Below are positions 20,339-30,019 of a DNA stretch of 64,000 bases, one piece after another. The notes beneath the pieces are model-generated. The model searched no databases. It was not told the origin of the DNA and worked only from the letters and a program-made list of their open reading frames with translations. The position numbers and the translations under genes were made by a program. The first letter of the stretch is position 1, and each line of letters opens with the position of its first letter. Origin of the DNA: an uncultured bacterium (GTDB taxonomy: Bacteria; Cyanobacteriota; Cyanobacteriia; Cyanobacteriales; Xenococcaceae); the NCBI GenBank assembly GCA_964562685.1, contig CAZLUP010000003.1, positions 31,586 to 95,585 of the forward strand. The letters run 5' to 3'.

Positions 20339-21163
20339 TTAGTTTTTTTCCATAACTGTTTCAGGATAATCATTTAACCATTGCTCGATCTCTGCTTGGA
20401 CTAAGTTAGGAATTTCCCAAGGAAATAAGTGAGCAGTGTCAGGAAAACATCGCCATTGACAACAACTTAGTGTATTAGCGGTTTCTTCGCTAGAAATAGC
20501 GGTAATATGCCGATCTTCTGCGCCAGCTAAAGCCAAACAAGGGAGATCGAGTAATTGAAGCTCTTGAAGACGATTGTATCCTTGACTAATCGCTTGCGAT
20601 AATGATTGATGAGCAGCAGTGGAAGTTTTAAAATAAGCAGGAACACCTTCTTTGGCTAAATATTGATATGCTTGAGTAGTTTGTTGAGCTAGAAGATAGC
20701 GAAACAAAGACTGTTTACCAAAAGTATCTATATTCCATTGCCATCCAGGTTTTAAGTAATTCACGATCCCTGCAATTCCGGTATAGAGTAAATCTTGCCA
20801 AGTAATGGGAGGATGATTACTACGAGGGCAGGCAGCCGAAGCGATTAAAATTAACCCTGTAAATTTTTGTGGTAATCTGAGGGCTAATTCTAATGCTAGA
20901 ATACCTCCTAAAGACCAGCCTAAAAGTAAACAACGTTCAATTTTCAAACGTTCCAAAAGCTCTTCAAGATTGTCAAGATGATCCTCCATTTTAAATTTAT
21001 TGGTTGGTCTACTGTTACCGTATCCTCGTAAATCTGGCGCAACAGTTTGATATTTTTGTGAAAGAAAGTTTGTAAATACTGACATACTTTGTCCTGAACC
21101 AGGATGACCATGTAAACATAAAATTGGAAATCCTGTTCCTTGAATTTCAACGTGTAATTTCAT
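20339..21163 (-). CDS. alpha/beta hydrolase
   Basis: HGHPGS oxyanion region, GWSLGG nucleophile elbow and a C-terminal His (DTAHL). Confidence 0.75.
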   Translation of the reverse strand: MKLHVEIQGTGFPILCLHGHPGSGQSMSVFTNFLSQKYQTVAPDLRGYGNSRPTNKFKMEDHLDNLEELLERLKIERCLLLGWSLGGILALELALRLPQKFTGLILIASAACPRSNHPPITWQDLLYTGIAGIVNYLKPGWQWNIDTFGKQSLFRYLLAQQTTQAYQYLAKEGVPAYFKTSTAAHQSLSQAISQGYNRLQELQLLDLPCLALAGAEDRHITAISSEETANTLSCCQWRCFPDTAHLFPWEIPNLVQAEIEQWLNDYPETVMEKN

Positions 21164-21439
21164 CTTATTTTTACTTTAATTAAAAGCGGTCTCAGCAAAG
21201 CTGAGGCACTACGTAATCGCTCTAACCCAAAAATTGGGCATAAAAAAATAGCAATATTTTAATTGGTGTGATGGCTCTCAATTGGTTTGCTAAATATATT
21301 GCCTTTTAAAAAGTAGTATCAATGTTGTTTATTCTACCAAAAATGGTTTTAAACTTTGACCAGATGTATAATTTTGCTTTCTAAAATATCCCCTTGAAAG
21401 CCTATTTCTTCCTCTCTTTATTTTTTACTTGCTACTTAC

Positions 21440-21997
21440 TTAAGAACTTGTTTGACAATTACTAGCACTAACTGAACCAGACACATCACCTGTATAATTG
21501 CCACTCCTAATAATTCCTAGTCCCAGAGAAATAGCAAGACATTTTTTAGTAGAATTATTTTGATTATGATAGACAACAATTGTACCAGCACTATTAGTAT
21601 TACCTCGTGGCGAAAAAGTAATTACTGGTGTGGCGTAATTGGTTTTAATTTCTACTCCAGTTGGCAAAGAGCGATCGCTTAATAAACAGCCTTCATAACT
21701 ACCATAAATATCAGGAGTTTTAACTTTAATTGTACGATTAGTTGTATCGATTTGAATTCGGCAACGTTTGCCTCTACGAATAGCTTGTCTTTGTGCTTCT
21801 TTAATTGCACCTTTGACTGTTTCAAAACCTTCAAAAACTCTTTGTTGCGCTAATAAACCAGCAAAATTAGGAATTGCGATCGCAGCTAAAATACCTATTA
21901 TAATTACTACTATTAATACTTCAATCAAACTATAACCGCGATCGCTTAGTGCCTCAACTCTCCTACAATCGCTTCTGTTTGTATTGTATGATTTCAT
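21440..21997 (-). CDS. GspH/FimT-like minor pilin (pseudopilin), paralog 2
   Basis: Prepilin cleavage/methylation motif DRG|YSLIEVLIVVIIIGILAAIAIPNF. Shares EAQRQAIRRGKRC and the C-terminal GNYTGDV...C.TS with the 23944-24450 product. Confidence 0.8.
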   Translation of the reverse strand: MKSYNTNRSDCRRVEALSDRGYSLIEVLIVVIIIGILAAIAIPNFAGLLAQQRVFEGFETVKGAIKEAQRQAIRRGKRCRIQIDTTNRTIKVKTPDIYGSYEGCLLSDRSLPTGVEIKTNYATPVITFSPRGNTNSAGTIVVYHNQNNSTKKCLAISLGLGIIRSGNYTGDVSGSVSASNCQTSS

Positions 21998-22271
21998 AAA
22001 AAATCAGCTAAACTTGCTTTAATTTTCGTGACAGTTTCAACAGTTTAGCGGTACAAAGAACTTATGACCAACTATTTTGAGATTAAATCTAATGTATAAA
22101 AATAAAAAGTAAGAAATAACAATATGATTAAGGCTTCAAAATTTAACAACGATGAAGTTATAACCTAGTTTTTTTAAACTCAGTTAAGTAAAATTACCAA
22201 GAAGTAAAAAAATAGTAAATGTTAAAGATTAAAGCCCTAAATTCTAAAACAAAAAGCCTAAATCAAAATGA

Positions 22272-23504
22272 TTATTCAACAGTAACTACCAATACTTGAT
22301 CTTGCCAATCAAAACCAGGATGAATTGGACTAGTTTGCCCGATTTCAAAAGCTATAATATAGTGGTCTTTAGGCAGGGTAATTTTGTTATTTTGAATATA
22401 GTTGTTAGTCCTTAGTATATTTCCAATATTTTGATAACGGTTGGGATTGGCAGTCGGATTCCAAGCATCCTTAGAAGGAGCATCACTACCATCTCCTAAG
22501 ATTAATACTCTGGTAGAATCAGTTGAAAGCACAGGATTACTGTTATTTTGTTGTCCTGGTGAAAATTTGTCTGGTAAAGTTGTTGAAGGAGTTACTTCGA
22601 TATAAAATTCCTCGCTAATGGTAAAAGCTTTGTCACCATTTGCATTTGTAGTTGTTGTTATTTCTGAGTTATTGCTTGTCTTTTTAAATTTTATTGTCAT
22701 AGTACAAGGATCACCAGAAGGATTACAACCCATAGCACTTACCAAGTTTTTTACTGTGTATGTTCTAGAGGTACCGTTGGGATTGAGAGGATTAGTAGCA
22801 AGAGAACCAAAAGAGTTGTTAGAACTAGCACCAGTTAAATTTTCTGCCTCTGCTCTAGCATATACTTGAGTGTTGGCTTGATATTCTTCGTTACTGTCTC
22901 CAAATACACCGCTAATATAAACTTGAGCAGTTTTCTTATTATTATTAACGCAAGCAGCAAAACCTGTACCACTAATAGCTGTACCCGTACAAGGTGAAGG
23001 AGTAAGGGTTTGATCGTCTACTCGATCAACCAAGGGCTGATTTACCCAAGTACCATTAGTATAATTACCATTATTATCTAATGGCGGCCCGTACCGATAG
23101 ATTACTCTCGGACCAAGCCATTTGTCATCTGGTTTCGATCTAACATAATAAATTACTCTATTATCTGTATTGGCTTGTCCCATATTAGGTAGATCTAATG
23201 CTAGTATGGCTTGACCACCAGTAGGTATAGTTAAACCAGCAGGGACATTTGCCGTTGGATCTGTTTCAATTGCTTCAGCTTTTTTGACTTCATCAGAAAT
23301 AAATTCAAGAGCGCGGTTAACTTCGGTTCTACTTTCTGCCTGGACTGAAGAGGTTTTATTTCCCTGTAGCATATTTATTAAACCCCAGCCAGCAGCACCT
23401 ATAACCACAAAAGAAATAGATGCGCCAAGAAGTATTTCTGGCAAAGTATAACCAGTAAATTTTTGCTGTTTATTTTTTAGTTTAATTGGTAAGTTAACGT
23501 GCAT
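22272..23504 (-). CDS. large prepilin-type N-terminal domain protein (PilW/HpsD-like)
   Basis: KFTG|YTLPEILLGASISFVVIGAAG class III signal with Glu at +5. Long Ser/Thr/Asn-rich C-terminal region. Confidence 0.7.
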   Translation of the reverse strand: MHVNLPIKLKNKQQKFTGYTLPEILLGASISFVVIGAAGWGLINMLQGNKTSSVQAESRTEVNRALEFISDEVKKAEAIETDPTANVPAGLTIPTGGQAILALDLPNMGQANTDNRVIYYVRSKPDDKWLGPRVIYRYGPPLDNNGNYTNGTWVNQPLVDRVDDQTLTPSPCTGTAISGTGFAACVNNNKKTAQVYISGVFGDSNEEYQANTQVYARAEAENLTGASSNNSFGSLATNPLNPNGTSRTYTVKNLVSAMGCNPSGDPCTMTIKFKKTSNNSEITTTTNANGDKAFTISEEFYIEVTPSTTLPDKFSPGQQNNSNPVLSTDSTRVLILGDGSDAPSKDAWNPTANPNRYQNIGNILRTNNYIQNNKITLPKDHYIIAFEIGQTSPIHPGFDWQDQVLVVTVE

Positions 23505-23943
23505 ATTACTGATTAGATTTATTTATTTTATTTTTAGCCAAGTAAGTATTTTAATTAGCCAATAATTTGATAATGTTTTACTTTAGTTTTATGAATATTT
23601 TATTTGATTACTTAATAAAATTAGCCTTGCCAAGAACCTAATAATGAATATAAATATACTTCTTTTATAACAATTATTTTGCTTGACGTTAACTAGAGTA
23701 AATACGGATAATAATTATAAAAAAATAATTTTTTATATTGAAAATAGGGTAAATTCACCACGTATTCCTAATAATTACTTTTCACATTTTTGCCTGTCAA
23801 AAATAGAGCTTTACCGTCGTTAAATTTAATTAAACATACTAATTTTGATCTATTTAATTGTTAGCTCAGAATTTAGCAAAAAATCAATTACAAAAGATAG
23901 TTATTGATAATTAGTAGATTTATTGAGTATCTTTATTAGTTAA

Positions 23944-24450
23944 TTAGTCAGACGTAGTGCATGAATTGGCAGTAAGTGTCGTAGCGACATCGCCTGTATA
24001 ATCACCAGTTCTAAGCGAACCTAATCCATCACTAACCACTACACATTTTTTTTCATTACTTGAAGAATTATAAACTACTATTGTTTTACCAGGACTAACA
24101 ATACCTTTGTGGGTAAAAGAAATAGTATTAGCATTACCATCATTAGCTGTGATAGAAACTTGAGTATCTAAAGTACGAGTACTGAGTAAACAGTTATTAG
24201 TAGAAGAAAGAGTTTTTGCACTCGTATCAATGGTTACTGTACAATTTCTTCCTCTTCTAATTGCTTGTCTTTGAGCTTCTTTTAATGCTGCTTCTACTTG
24301 TCGTTGCGCTTCTTTAACTCGATTTTGATTGAGTAAACCTAGAAAATTAGGAGTAATAATTGCAGCTAAAATACCAACAACAATCATTGCAACAAGCATT
24401 TCTGTTAGTGTAAAACCTTGTTTTTTATTTCGGGCATTGTACCGCTGCAT
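23944..24450 (-). CDS. GspH/FimT-like minor pilin (pseudopilin), paralog 1
   Basis: KKQG|FTLTEMLVAMIVVGILAAIITPNF. C-terminal Cys pair. Confidence 0.8.
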   Translation of the reverse strand: MQRYNARNKKQGFTLTEMLVAMIVVGILAAIITPNFLGLLNQNRVKEAQRQVEAALKEAQRQAIRRGRNCTVTIDTSAKTLSSTNNCLLSTRTLDTQVSITANDGNANTISFTHKGIVSPGKTIVVYNSSSNEKKCVVVSDGLGSLRTGDYTGDVATTLTANSCTTSD

Positions 24451-25027
24451 TAGGAATTACCTCAATATAATCTGTTGCTATAGCATCTCCAACTAAATTA
24501 GTTCCATTCCACTCCTTGACTTCATAATTAATTCTCAAAACTTTATAAGGAGAAGAACTTTCAACAAATGTACGAGTTAATCGATAAGTTTTACCTTCAT
24601 CCCCTAATAATTTTTTATCAGCAGGAACACTGGGTAAACCATCCTGCAAGGCTTTAGCATAACCAGTGTTATAAGTAGTTGCGCTACATTTACTATAATC
24701 AACTGCTAAATCTCTAGCTGCTAATTGAATTTGTTCAATATCTTCTTGTATTAGTTGATTTGCTCTCTGCTGTTCTTGTGCTTGAACTCGCAGCATAGTT
24801 GCTAATACTAAAGCTTGCATTGATCCAAGAACAAAAAATGTAGCAATCAACATCGCAACTAATACTTCTATTAAAGAAAAACCTGCCTCTGATTTTGATT
24901 TTTTCTTATAAATTGTCTTGCTCATTCTAAATGAAGCAGAAGAACAAGAAGAATTGATGGTTTCAAAGCTATTTTGAGGTAATTTTTTGAGTATTAACAT
25001 AATTAATTTACCTGCTGAGTTTCCCAA
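24425..25027 (-). CDS. PilV-like minor pilin
   Basis: SEAG|FSLIEVLVAMLIATFFVLG. The probable true start is the ATG at 24925 (MSKTIYKKK), which gives a 15-aa leader. Confidence 0.75.
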   Translation of the reverse strand: MGNSAGKLIMLILKKLPQNSFETINSSCSSASFRMSKTIYKKKSKSEAGFSLIEVLVAMLIATFFVLGSMQALVLATMLRVQAQEQQRANQLIQEDIEQIQLAARDLAVDYSKCSATTYNTGYAKALQDGLPSVPADKKLLGDEGKTYRLTRTFVESSSPYKVLRINYEVKEWNGTNLVGDAIATDYIEVIPNAAVQCPK

Positions 25028-26583
25028 CGTGAAGGAATATCAATTATGGGATCGACTACTCTGGCATTAGCACTAACCAAATCGTCTTTAATGTAGGTAT
25101 AGCTATAATATTGTTCTGATACTAGTGCTTGATCTGTAGGGTCATCTGGACTAATATTAACAGCAGTAGTAAGACCAGAATCTCCATCCCAATCTTTTAC
25201 CCAAACAGCACCTTTAATAGTTACAGTTGGATTATTTGCTAGAGTTACTGTAGCGTTAGGAGCATGAATTAAAGCTGCAATGTTAATTGGATAATTACCT
25301 TCAAATCTAATATTCGTCGTAGCAGCCGTACCGTAAATTTCCAAATTATAAGATTTATTATTATTCCCTGCTCTAACATTGAGATCGACATTTCTTTCGT
25401 CAGGTCCTGTACCATCAGGATCTGCTTCTCCTTTTAGAGTTATATTGCCATTTACATATAGTAGGACTTTACTACCGGCAACAATATTTATATCTTCGCC
25501 ATCAAGGTCTATATTGCCATTAATTAAATAATGATAATAAACATTTTCATCAGGATCGATGACACCATCTCCGTCAGTGTCATCGTGTTCTGATAGGTCA
25601 CCTGAACGGGGTAAGGTAAGAGTACTATTAATATCACCAGCAATCACATTGACATCAACAGCTGCATCAGAATCAAGATTAGTTGCACCAGTAGCAGGAG
25701 GTGTTTTATATGACGGTTGTAAAGGAGTAAAACTTACTGATTTTTCTTTATTAGTTGCCCAATCTTGAAGATTTGCTGTAGTTGGGATGGTGTTTGTGCT
25801 AGCACAATTTGCATCAGTTAAAATAATATTTCCATTAACTGTGAGCTTGCTTGCATCAGTTACTGAAGCATCTACTGTACCACCAGGAGTTCCAGTTATC
25901 CACAAAGCGGGGTTGAAGCGATTAAAATTGCCTTCTAATTGAACTATTTCTCCATTAGGAGTGGGAATTCCTGGCTGAATCGGTAAATCCACTCTAATTT
26001 GAGTAACTGCTGCTAGTGTATCGTTGGTTAAATTAGTATTACTTTGATTAACTCTGCCTTCTACTATTAATGTCCCAAATGGTTGAGCAGTATATGCACC
26101 GCCAGAGTAATTACTAGTATAGGTATAACTAATTAATCTATATTGATATTCATTGAGATCGACGCTGTTATCTCCATCTGCATCGACATATTGCCATCCT
26201 CTAGTCGCCATTGCTGCTACAGTAGTAGCTCCATCGGTGGGGCAAGAACCAGCTATATTAGGAATATTAGCTGCTAGTTTCCAGCTTATACCGCCAGTAT
26301 CACTGCAATTTTCATCTGTCCATGTGCCATTACAAGCGTTATATACAGCAATAACTTTGTATTTATCAATTAACTCCCTGTATCTAGCAACGCCCAATTC
26401 TGCTGCTGCTAAGGCTCTTGATGTTGCTCTTTGACTAACAGCAGTTATTTGTTCATCACTCGACTGGAAAATACTAATTGTCCCTACCAAAGTCATAATT
26501 AATCCCAAAGCAATGACGGCAGGAATAACAAAACCCTGATGTTTAGACTGACGTAATACAAGAGTTTTGAATAAAAGATTCAT
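25003..26583 (-). CDS. PilX-N/HpsA-like large pilus-associated protein with Ca-binding-type loops
   Basis: N-terminal HQGFVIPAVIALGLIMTLVGTISIF lacks Glu5. DxDxDG-type loops DADGDNSVD, DDTDGDGVIDPDE and DPDGTGPDE. First gene of the pilin operon. Confidence 0.65.
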   Translation of the reverse strand: MNLLFKTLVLRQSKHQGFVIPAVIALGLIMTLVGTISIFQSSDEQITAVSQRATSRALAAAELGVARYRELIDKYKVIAVYNACNGTWTDENCSDTGGISWKLAANIPNIAGSCPTDGATTVAAMATRGWQYVDADGDNSVDLNEYQYRLISYTYTSNYSGGAYTAQPFGTLIVEGRVNQSNTNLTNDTLAAVTQIRVDLPIQPGIPTPNGEIVQLEGNFNRFNPALWITGTPGGTVDASVTDASKLTVNGNIILTDANCASTNTIPTTANLQDWATNKEKSVSFTPLQPSYKTPPATGATNLDSDAAVDVNVIAGDINSTLTLPRSGDLSEHDDTDGDGVIDPDENVYYHYLINGNIDLDGEDINIVAGSKVLLYVNGNITLKGEADPDGTGPDERNVDLNVRAGNNNKSYNLEIYGTAATTNIRFEGNYPINIAALIHAPNATVTLANNPTVTIKGAVWVKDWDGDSGLTTAVNISPDDPTDQALVSEQYYSYTYIKDDLVSANARVVDPIIDIPSRWETQQVN

Positions 26584-26879
26584 ATATATATATTCAAAAT
26601 AAGCACAGTCTTTGTTGATAACAATATGATGTAGTCTTGCTTAATTGACTTTAATTCAGTGTGATCTTGATCACTAACTATAATAATTTTTGTTATTAAT
26701 TTTTAATTAAATAAATTTAAATTATCTTAGAGCTTGATTAATGAGTTAAAAAATAAACAATCTTAACATTCGCATTTTTCTTAGGATGCGGTCTTTTTTT
26801 TTAGTTCAAGGTAGAAATCTTAAAGCGATCGCTTATTATTCAAACTTCAAAAGCGATCGCAATAAATAATCTTTTCAAT

Positions 26880-27116
26880 TTAAAATTTATTAAGATTAAT
26901 ACCTGCTTCTTTTGCCATTGCATCGATGCCTTTCTTCTCAAGGGTTTTGATTGCCTTGGTAGACATACGTAATTTCACCCAACGATTACCTTCTGGCCAC
27001 CAAACTCTTTTAGTTTGTAAATTAGCGTGCTGTAATCTTTTAGTACGACGATGAGAGTGAGATACAGCAAAAGCATTGTTGGCTTTTTTGCCTGTTAATT
27101 GACATCTGCGAGACAC
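26880..27116 (-). CDS. rpmB: 50S ribosomal protein L28
   Basis: [29 protein letters not shown] is canonical for L28. Confidence 0.95.
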   Translation of the reverse strand: MSRRCQLTGKKANNAFAVSHSHRRTKRLQHANLQTKRVWWPEGNRWVKLRMSTKAIKTLEKKGIDAMAKEAGINLNKF

Positions 27117-27232
27117 AGTTTCCCTCCTATTTTATCACACAATCTCTTATTATATCTTATAAAAGACTAAATTTATCAGAAAAACTGTTTGTAATTACAA
27201 ATAAATTGCATTGGTAAGCAACAGGAAAATTT

Positions 27233-27700
27233 TTATAAAAATCTACTTAAATCAAACTCTTCTTCAATCGATTCTTCTTGAAATCTTTCAGCACTTAAAA
27301 TTAATAATAATCTTTCTGTGTAATCTACTGCTCCACGTAATTCATCTTTTAATTTTTCCAAACCGCCGTTAGCGTATTCTTCAAAAATTTGAATTCTTTC
27401 TGCTTCTATATCACGATCGCAATTAGCTAGAGTTTTTAGCTGTTGAGTTTCAGAAATAGCAATTAATTTAATTGCCCAATCATAACCACGAGAGATAAAT
27501 ACTTCTAAACTAATCGGTGCTGGTTCACTATTAGATATTTCTTGCAATGGTACTCGCTTATGATATTTGACTCCTAAACTAGCAGCAAAAGCGATAACAT
27601 CTGCATAGGTTTGAAAAGGTCCAGTGCCGCTTTTATTATCTATAAGTTTTTGAATTAATTCTGCTTTGTCTTTAGCAATTTTAATTCTAGGAAGAGCCAT
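27233..27700 (-). CDS. small acidic-tailed protein, reminiscent of proteins annotated as DNA phosphorothioation-associated protein 4
   Basis: 155 aa. The GPFQTYADVIAFAASLG segment is recalled from that family. From memory only, and no dnd genes are visible. Confidence 0.4.
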   Translation of the reverse strand: MALPRIKIAKDKAELIQKLIDNKSGTGPFQTYADVIAFAASLGVKYHKRVPLQEISNSEPAPISLEVFISRGYDWAIKLIAISETQQLKTLANCDRDIEAERIQIFEEYANGGLEKLKDELRGAVDYTERLLLILSAERFQEESIEEEFDLSRFL

Positions 27701-27726
27701 AATGACAATTTTAATTTTTTGTTATT

Positions 27727-29910
27727 TTAAGACCAATTTAATTCCATGCCAAGGTACTCCTCTAACTGGGTATTATGACTTCTAAAAAACTCACTTAGAT
27801 TTTTTTGAAACTGTACGTCTTGATAATTGTAAGAACCGACATTATGCTTTTTAAATTGTAGATTTGGATTATCAGCCAAGTTGAGAAAATGATAAATTTG
27901 TTGCATGGTTTGTTCTGGTTCTGCCAATAACTGTTCATTAGTTAAAATTAAAAGTTGTTTTTTAGAAAATACTTTCAACCATCTTTTAAGAGTATGAATA
28001 TATAAACCGCCTAATAAATAAATTGATTTTTTTTCTCGGTAAAACTGTTCAATCTGCTCTGGAGAGTCAAGCTCGTTAAGCATTTTTAATTCAGAATTAA
28101 TTGCTACTTCTAAAGAATTATTTTCCCAACCATGCTTGAGACGATGATAATAGTGAGAAATGGCTCTTTCAACAGGATTTCTCAAAATAGTAATTAATTT
28201 AATCTGAGGAAATAAAGCAAAAACTTGTTCTTGAATATCACTAATTAAATAAGAAGGGGTAGCTTCTCCTGTAATAAAATTCGTCCCTTCAGGAATTGCA
28301 GGAAAATGAGATAAATACCAATTAAGATCTGGTTGTAAATAATCACTGCGATTGAAATATCCTACTTCTTTCTTTACGGCTGGTAAGATTTGAGGATGTT
28401 GTGATAAATAATGATAAAGAGAGGTTGTGCCAGCTTTTGCTGCTCCAATAATTAGAAAATTAGGTCCTTGAGACTGTTTAAAATTCCAATGTTTTTCGAC
28501 AAAATGTGGTCGATTTTGGCTGACGATAATATAACAAGCATGACGATAATGATTAGCTGCCTCGTCAAATTTTTCTTGTTTAGTTAGTAAATCTCCTATA
28601 GTAATGTAATATTCTGAAGGGAAACTAGTTTCTCTTTGTTGTGCTTGTTGGTAACAATTAAGAATTTGCTCGATTTGATTAGGATCAATTTTTTGAATAT
28701 TTCTAATTTTAGTATAAATAGATTTGATGTTTGGTTGAATTTCAATTGCTTGCAAGTAAAATTCAATAGCTTGATTCCATTTTTTTTGTTTTTCAAAAAT
28801 TGTACCTAAATGATTATAAAATTGACCAATTTTATAATTTCTATTTTGTTCATGTCCCAGCCAAGTCAATTCAGGATCAATTTCTAAAGCTTTTTGATAA
28901 CTCTGCATAGCTAAAGACCAATTTTTTTGCTGAAAATAAATTTGCCCTAATTGCTCAAAAAAGAAAGCATTTTCTGTACTAACATCGATAGCTTTTTGAT
29001 AAATAGCGATCGCTTGTTCCCATTCTCCTTGTTTAAGATAAATTTGTCCTAATTGATGATAAGATTCCAGATAACTAGGTTCGATTTCAATAGCTCGAAG
29101 ATAAGAATAAATTGCTTTGTCTAGATAATTTTGTTTAGTATAAGCTAATCCTTGTTCATAATATAATTGGGCTGAGTCTGGATATAATTGTGTTAAAAGA
29201 AGAGGTTTGAGGATACCAATATTTCTCAGGGTTTTGACTATATTATGTTCGTTACCATCATAGGCTTGGAGGGTCACATTGTGGCATCCTTGAAGACGTG
29301 CTGCATGAACTGTGTCTAAATGATTTTCTCGACAAAAATAAATGTAAAATTGAGTTTTAATCTTGTTTTTATCTTGCCAGAGCTTTAGTAAATCAAAGTA
29401 TTTATTGGAAGTTTCAGGATTAAAAGATTTATATAATTTATTTATCTGAGATTGCCAACGATTATCGCCAAAAATAGACCGATTTTTAGGGTCAATAAAA
29501 GTTTGAGGAGAAAAAGCGATCGCAGCATCTGCTTCTAATAAATAGCCGAATAAAATTGCTGCATATCCTCCAGCAGAGTTACCAGTAACTACTACTTTTT
29601 GAATTTGTTCTTTTTGAATAAAATCTTTTAAATAACTAACAATTTGTTCAATATTATCTCCTACTAATTTAATTCCGTTTTGATACCAACTTTGCAAACA
29701 ATCTCTTAAAAAGATTTTTTTTATTTCAAAGTCTGAGGTAATTCGAGAAAATTCATAAGGAGGAATTCCCATTCCTTGAGAAATACCACCACAAGTAATC
29801 AATAAAATATTACTGTTATACTGACAATCTATCTGAATACCTTCTGCTTGTTGTAAACTTTTATGGGTTTGTTCTCTTAATTCGCTTTCGGCAAAACTTG
29901 CAGCAGTCAT
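27727..29910 (-). CDS. tri-domain protein: alpha/beta-hydrolase-like N-domain + TPR repeats + sulfotransferase
   Basis: GNSAGG nucleophile-elbow-like motif (N-terminal domain). TPR units (AIYSYLRAIEIEPSY...). 5'-PSB loop GAAKAGTTSLY and 3'-PB motif ILRNPVERAISHYYH. Confidence 0.8.
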   Translation of the reverse strand: MTAASFAESELREQTHKSLQQAEGIQIDCQYNSNILLITCGGISQGMGIPPYEFSRITSDFEIKKIFLRDCLQSWYQNGIKLVGDNIEQIVSYLKDFIQKEQIQKVVVTGNSAGGYAAILFGYLLEADAAIAFSPQTFIDPKNRSIFGDNRWQSQINKLYKSFNPETSNKYFDLLKLWQDKNKIKTQFYIYFCRENHLDTVHAARLQGCHNVTLQAYDGNEHNIVKTLRNIGILKPLLLTQLYPDSAQLYYEQGLAYTKQNYLDKAIYSYLRAIEIEPSYLESYHQLGQIYLKQGEWEQAIAIYQKAIDVSTENAFFFEQLGQIYFQQKNWSLAMQSYQKALEIDPELTWLGHEQNRNYKIGQFYNHLGTIFEKQKKWNQAIEFYLQAIEIQPNIKSIYTKIRNIQKIDPNQIEQILNCYQQAQQRETSFPSEYYITIGDLLTKQEKFDEAANHYRHACYIIVSQNRPHFVEKHWNFKQSQGPNFLIIGAAKAGTTSLYHYLSQHPQILPAVKKEVGYFNRSDYLQPDLNWYLSHFPAIPEGTNFITGEATPSYLISDIQEQVFALFPQIKLITILRNPVERAISHYYHRLKHGWENNSLEVAINSELKMLNELDSPEQIEQFYREKKSIYLLGGLYIHTLKRWLKVFSKKQLLILTNEQLLAEPEQTMQQIYHFLNLADNPNLQFKKHNVGSYNYQDVQFQKNLSEFFRSHNTQLEEYLGMELNWS

Positions 29911-30019
29911 CTTTAAATTTCTCTTCTATATTTACCTGATGGATAAATTATCTAGAGGAAGGGAAAAAAGAGAATTCTTCCCCTATATAAATAGCAACAA
30001 TTAGGATAAGTTAATTTTC

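Noticed and set aside
20944-21150. 68-aa minus-strand ORF in an alternative frame of the alpha/beta hydrolase gene.
   Set aside because: It is fully nested on the same strand but out of frame, and the hydrolase frame carries the catalytic motifs.
22618-26434. Plus-strand ORFs 22618-22869, 25559-25768 and 26153-26434.
   Set aside because: They are antisense shadows inside the pilin-like genes and have no start context or motifs.
26770-26800. Hairpin plus T-run (CGCAT..ATGCG GTC TTTTTTTTT) considered as a terminator.
   Set aside because: The stem is only 5 bp and it is oriented on the plus strand, where no transcript is expected between the pilin operon start and the rpmB end.
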